The notes beneath the pieces are model-generated. The model saw only the letters and a program-made list of their open reading frames with translations. It searched no databases and was not told the DNA's origin. From the NCBI RefSeq assembly GCF_000143415.4, contig NW_003314266.1, positions 3,032,604-3,096,603 of the forward strand: 64,000 nt of DNA, read 5' to 3'. The stretch's first letter is position 1. Each line of letters begins with the position of its first letter. Both the position numbers and the translations under genes were made by a program. This document shows positions 59,614 through 64,000 of this stretch, one piece after another. The DNA is from Selaginella moellendorffii. Taxonomy: Eukaryota > Plantae > Lycopodiophyta.

Positions 59614-59890
59614 AGTAAGCATACATGTGGCTTGTTTTCAATGACCGAACAAGCTATACAGGTGTATATACAACTCTGAGCATGTATAGCGACTGTAATG
59701 TACCATAGATGACACACAATAGTTCCCGAGAGAAGAAGTTTTCATGTATGCTTTTCATGAAATCTTCACAGGTATATATGCTAGCATACTTACCAATTTT
59801 GTATATTTTTCTCGAGTAACAAAACTGTTTACATGTATCTCGCGGAGTTTGGAGAGAAGAAGTCCTTCTCTCTTCGTCTAGTCGGGCAAG

Positions 59891-61690
59891 TTATGAATCG
59901 TCGCTAGCTGTTTCCCATTCTGACTCGTCATGACTAGAGCTTTGGTTGTCATTCCAGTTTTGATACCGATACTCGATTGCTCCCCACTTTTGGGATGCCT
60001 CTTTGAAGAGCCAAGTCGCGCGCATTTGTTTCTTTATGAGAGCCTCGATGTAGTCCGGTACGTTGCTTTTCCTGTTCTTTTTTTGCGAGCACTCAATCAT
60101 GTACATGATGCCGTCCAGCAGGCTCTCTTTTGGAAGTCCTTCCATCTCGTATGCCTGAGCTCGTCTCCACAAACTGTCTCTGTGCGTTTTTTGGAGGCAT
60201 AAAGCTCGGGTAGAGTCGCTTATAGCAGCTTGATTGTTTTGAGACAGGAGATGACATTGTGCACGGTTGCTGTAGATGGAAGCTCTCTGTTTCCTGGCTT
60301 TCAGGGGACAGAGTTCCAGCGCCTCGGTATACTTGCACGCAGCACCATGTATATCTCCCGATGCAAATCTGGCGTTGCCTTCGAGCCGCAACAGCATCGC
60401 AGCAGCCTTTCGTATCCTTAAGTCGTCTTTGTCTTCGTTTCTCTCGAGTTTCATTCTCTGCTGAGCCGCTGCAACTTCGTTGAGTGCCAGCCTTGTTTCT
60501 GAAGCTTGTGACTGTTCTGCAGGATTTCGTAGCAGGGTGGTTGCAATCAAGTCCCCGAGCTTTTTCTGGTCTCCCGACATTGTCGAGAGCTCCGTCAGGT
60601 CCACTAACGCGCATGCTGCCTGGTCAAGCACCTGGAAAGAAGAAACAGAATCAGAACTGTGTCGTCATAATCGCAGCCAGAGAAAGCATTGGAGGGTAAA
60701 AAAGGGAAGAATAATCACCTTGTCTCTGGAAGCAACGTCTTGAACCAGCCAGACAAGGCAGTCGACAGCCATGTACTGCCAGTCGTCCGACGAGCGTGCC
60801 ACATTGCAAAGTCCGTTTACAACTCCAGGACAGTCAGCTACAGCGACTCGGCCAGAGCTTTCACGGCAGATGCTCCGGAGGAGGCCGATTCCAGCTGGAG
60901 AGCTCTCGTTCACCAGGCCTCCCCACATACCGAGAAGCTTGCAAAGGAACTCTTTGTTGCCACAGACGACGGCCAGGTACTCTTCCCGGAAAGCAAAGCA
61001 GTTGATCAGCTGAAGTGACCAGCACTGGAGCTGACTCGCCCATTCCTCGGCTTTACGCGACTCCATCTCTACGCCTCCGAGTCCTCGGGTGAGCAGGTCC
61101 TGGTGATACTCGAGCCTCCGGTCGACAAAGCGGTAGAATTGTGTGTAGACTATGTCCAGAGCATCGGCTGCCAGTTTCATCGCTACGTCCAAGATTTCTC
61201 TGCGGTCGAGGATGTAACTGAAGGTACTCTCGTATGTTGCTAGATGGCCGAGCGCTCGCAAGGCAACTCTCTGTTCCACCCAGGTAAGTTTTCCTTTGAG
61301 CAACTCGAGTAAAGCTGGAATAACTTTGGCTTGCACAGCTCTGATGGCGAATTCCTCGACAATCATGGTATAAGAGCCGATAATGTGAGCGGCATAATAC
61401 GGGATGAATATGTTTTGGTCGCTGGCCAGCCATTTTCGGTCCCGGATACCTTTGAAAATGAGAGCCGCCATGCACTCGAAAATTCCGAGCTCGATGAACT
61501 CGCCATCGGTCGGCCGGAGCAGTGCTGCGTTCCAGAGACCACTTATCGCCATCACCTGTCCGGGCTCGTCTCGCTCGGGAAGCTGCTTGAAAAGCTGTGC
61601 GATACTGGAGCGACGCTTGGAGGGAGCTACATTCTCTTTCATCAGGCAGAAGAGGCATCCGGGGTACGGGCATTCCTTGCAAGCGTCCAT
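59891..61690 (-). CDS. ARM-repeat/TPR protein (conserved plant family), one intron
   Basis: CPYPGCLFC.MKE, DQNIFIPYYAAHIIGSY, LTWVEQRVALRALGH, RSSDDWQYMAVDCL, and TPRs EGNARFASGD..KYTEAL..YSNRAQC..SLWRRAQAY. Confidence 0.88.
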
Positions 61691-62476
61691 CCTTCTGATA
61701 CTTGCGTTGCTACAGGAGTGGAAGTTATCTCTAGGAACAAGACTCCAAACAGTGAGCAGAGATCTTCATAGAGGCGGTGCTACGTTTTGAAGAGGGAGAA
61801 GAACTTACTAGCGTTGTGTGGAGGCTCTGAATTGCTGAAGCACTAGAGGGTCCCTCCTGTCAAAAGACGATGCACAACTGAAAAGGGGCTGCTTGTATGA
61901 TCCGTTGAAACACTCTTTCCTCGGAGAACGTTGCGAGATCGCAAAAAGAAGTACCGGTATGTTTCCTTTGTGCTAATTGATCATCACACTCACCATTTCT
62001 AGTTTGCGCAGGGACAAGAACAATTATCCGCACCACCACACCGAAGGACGACACGCATTATCTGGACGAATCATGTTTGGAACAAACCTGTTCATCATTC
62101 GTAAGGCGTAAGATCCATTTTGACCTCTTCTCCTTTCAAACAGTTAGCGACGTGATGCCTTCGTTGCACATCTCATGCACGTCTTACTGTTGTGTTTCTT
62201 TCGTTTCTAAACAGGAGAAAGCTCGAGTGTTTGGTGCTAGATCCTGTCGTTGATTGAATCGTGACCGGCCAGCAGCCAATTCCTCTCCCTGTTCACGAAA
62301 CAGACTGGGTACGTACTACTTGATGTTTACGAAACAGAGCAGGTACTACTTACAGCAGAGATTTTTTTTTTTGCTACAGGGGGTACTGTGCAAACGGCCG
62401 CTCAAGCTGCGACTGGCGTTTTCACGTGAGACGCAAATGGATTACAAGGCAAGTGCTGAGCAATTTGTATTATACT

Positions 62477-63082
62477 AATCGTGACGACTAAGCAGAGAAG
62501 TGGGGACCTGGAAGAGCATGACTTCGTTGAGGCCAGATGGAGAGATATAAACGGGTTGTGACTCGAGCCAGAGCGTTGCCGTGCTTGAAGCGTCCTCCAC
62601 ACGCAAAGACTGAGAGCTCGGCCTGGGCTTGGAGTAAAGGCCTGTGACCGAAGAAGCAGAGCTTCCCGCGGGGGAGCACCACAGCCATCTGGTAAAACAG
62701 GACTGGCGAGGTACCCGAGTTACTGACGACGGTGTAAGTTCCTTGGACCCGGCCGGACTCGCTCGAGTTGTAGCTGGGGTGGAGTGTCACTTTGTCGTCC
62801 ATGGCGAACAAGGTACCGAAGGGTGAAGTTGGCGTTGCCGGTGCTACTAACTTTTGCGCTCTCTGGTGTTCCAGCTTCGGTGGCATTGATGATGTCAAAC
62901 TCGAAGTGGGGATCTTTGGGGTAGCGATGTGATTCAGGTAGCGGCGGTGGACGCCGTGCTGCCAAAGTCACGGAGAAAGCTCTCGGAGGCGCTTGCTGCT
63001 ATCATCAATTAGTACAAAGGAAGCACTAAAGAGCACTGACCTGTGAGGAGGACAAGGACAGGAGCAAGAGTAAGCGATGCAT
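62477..63082 (-). pseudogene. Dirigent-like protein, frameshifted
   Basis: Hydrophobic leader MHRLLLLLSL, FGTLFAMDDKVT..GRVQGTY..ELSVFACGGRF..A.ARVTT. Frame break at the A4 run (62852-62855) and probably again near the 3' end. Confidence 0.55.
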
Positions 63083-63619
63083 TTCTTTTCCACTATGGTG
63101 GAATTGGATTCAAAACATTTATAGATGAGAATGGGCCGAAAAAATCAAATGCCAGTTCAACTGGTCCCTGTTTTTTATTTTCGTATTGATAGTTCTATTA
63201 AAGTTAGGAGCACCGCCACCTTTTGTCAATGTTAAATTGGTTTGGCCACAGTGTAGCTCCATTCTAGGTCGTTTGATTTCTTCTCTTCGTGTGTTTCGGA
63301 AGTGCGTCTTGTGTTTGAGTCCACAGCTATCACTGGCCGAAAAAGAGAGATGTTTCGAAAGACGACCTTGTGATTTATACAGCATATCTCATTGGATTGC
63401 TCCGATACAAGTTATGTTAAGTGAGGCCAAAGTCCGAGCAAAGAATGCTAAGGAAGAACCACAACCAGAAAACAGCGAATGTGAAAATATGGATGCAGAA
63501 CTATGGGTGCACCTCAAGGCCGCGTTCGACAGGTTTCACTGCAGCCCGTCCCGGCGAGTTGCAGGACGAGCGTGGAGCCGATCAATCCCGCCTTGCTTAC
63601 CACAGCGATCGCAATGGTG

Positions 63620-64000
63620 GTGAAGACGACGAGGAGCTCTTGCAGAATCAACCCTCTTTCCAGGTAGTGATGAGCGAGCTTAAAGAAATCACATCATCAC
63701 CATCACGATTCTTCTTCTCTTGAATCAATCCCCCATCCCCTTCCTCTCTCGCCTCCCCACGACTCCCTCCTCCATTTCCTCCAACTCTTCCAGCAGCTCC
63801 TCCAGCTCGCATCATGGACTGCGCCCGCGCGGGCGGCGCTAACAAAATCCTCGAAGCCCAGGAGCTGGTGCCCCGTGGCCTCCTCGCAGCGCCAAACAGA
63901 TCGAGTGGCGCTCGCGCTCGTCTCGGCGCCCCGCTCCACGCCTCGATGCACCAGGAGCTCACGTCCCGGCAGAGCATCACCCAGGCTGAGCGCCATGGAG
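63620..64000 (+). pseudogene. Possible GRAS-family (LRI region) pseudogene start, running off the window
   Basis: Fragments in shifting frames (QLLQL / IMDCARA..LEAQEL / DRVALAL) resemble GRAS LRI; in-frame stop at 63721. Confidence 0.3.

Noticed and set aside
1-64000. Functional gene cluster or operon-like system among the conserved genes
   Set aside because: Neighbouring genes have unrelated functions, and proximity is explained by genome compaction.

Overview
Eukaryotic plant nuclear DNA. The very compact gene spacing, ~50-70 nt introns, intronless S/SS-rich PPR genes and an ERK7/MAPK15-type kinase point to a lycophyte, most likely Selaginella (inference; no database search was possible). 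About 25 conserved genes are recognisable: DUF760, ClpC, Pol lambda, LOG2-type RING, RAMP4, ALG1, MAPK15, TEL/MEI2, VDAC, CCT8, LTPG, TRAPPC12, PNC, GRP, CRSH, ARM-TPR and four PPRs, plus tRNA-Asp. Repeats and relics include a retroposed U6 copy with a target-site duplication (TSD), a decayed copia, a decayed gypsy with two independent nested solo LTRs, a LINE fragment with an internal inversion, a rearranged local duplication and several pseudogenes. Best leads: a FGxHKG (DUF3820-like) domain fused to a PPR tract, a candidate plant KASH protein, a PROPEP-like orphan, PPR genes wedged within tens of bases of housekeeping genes, an AT-rich secreted orphan, and a double solo-LTR insertion hotspot. 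No single, clearly new multi-gene system is demonstrated. Gene boundaries were derived by hand from GT-AG splicing and motif recognition.
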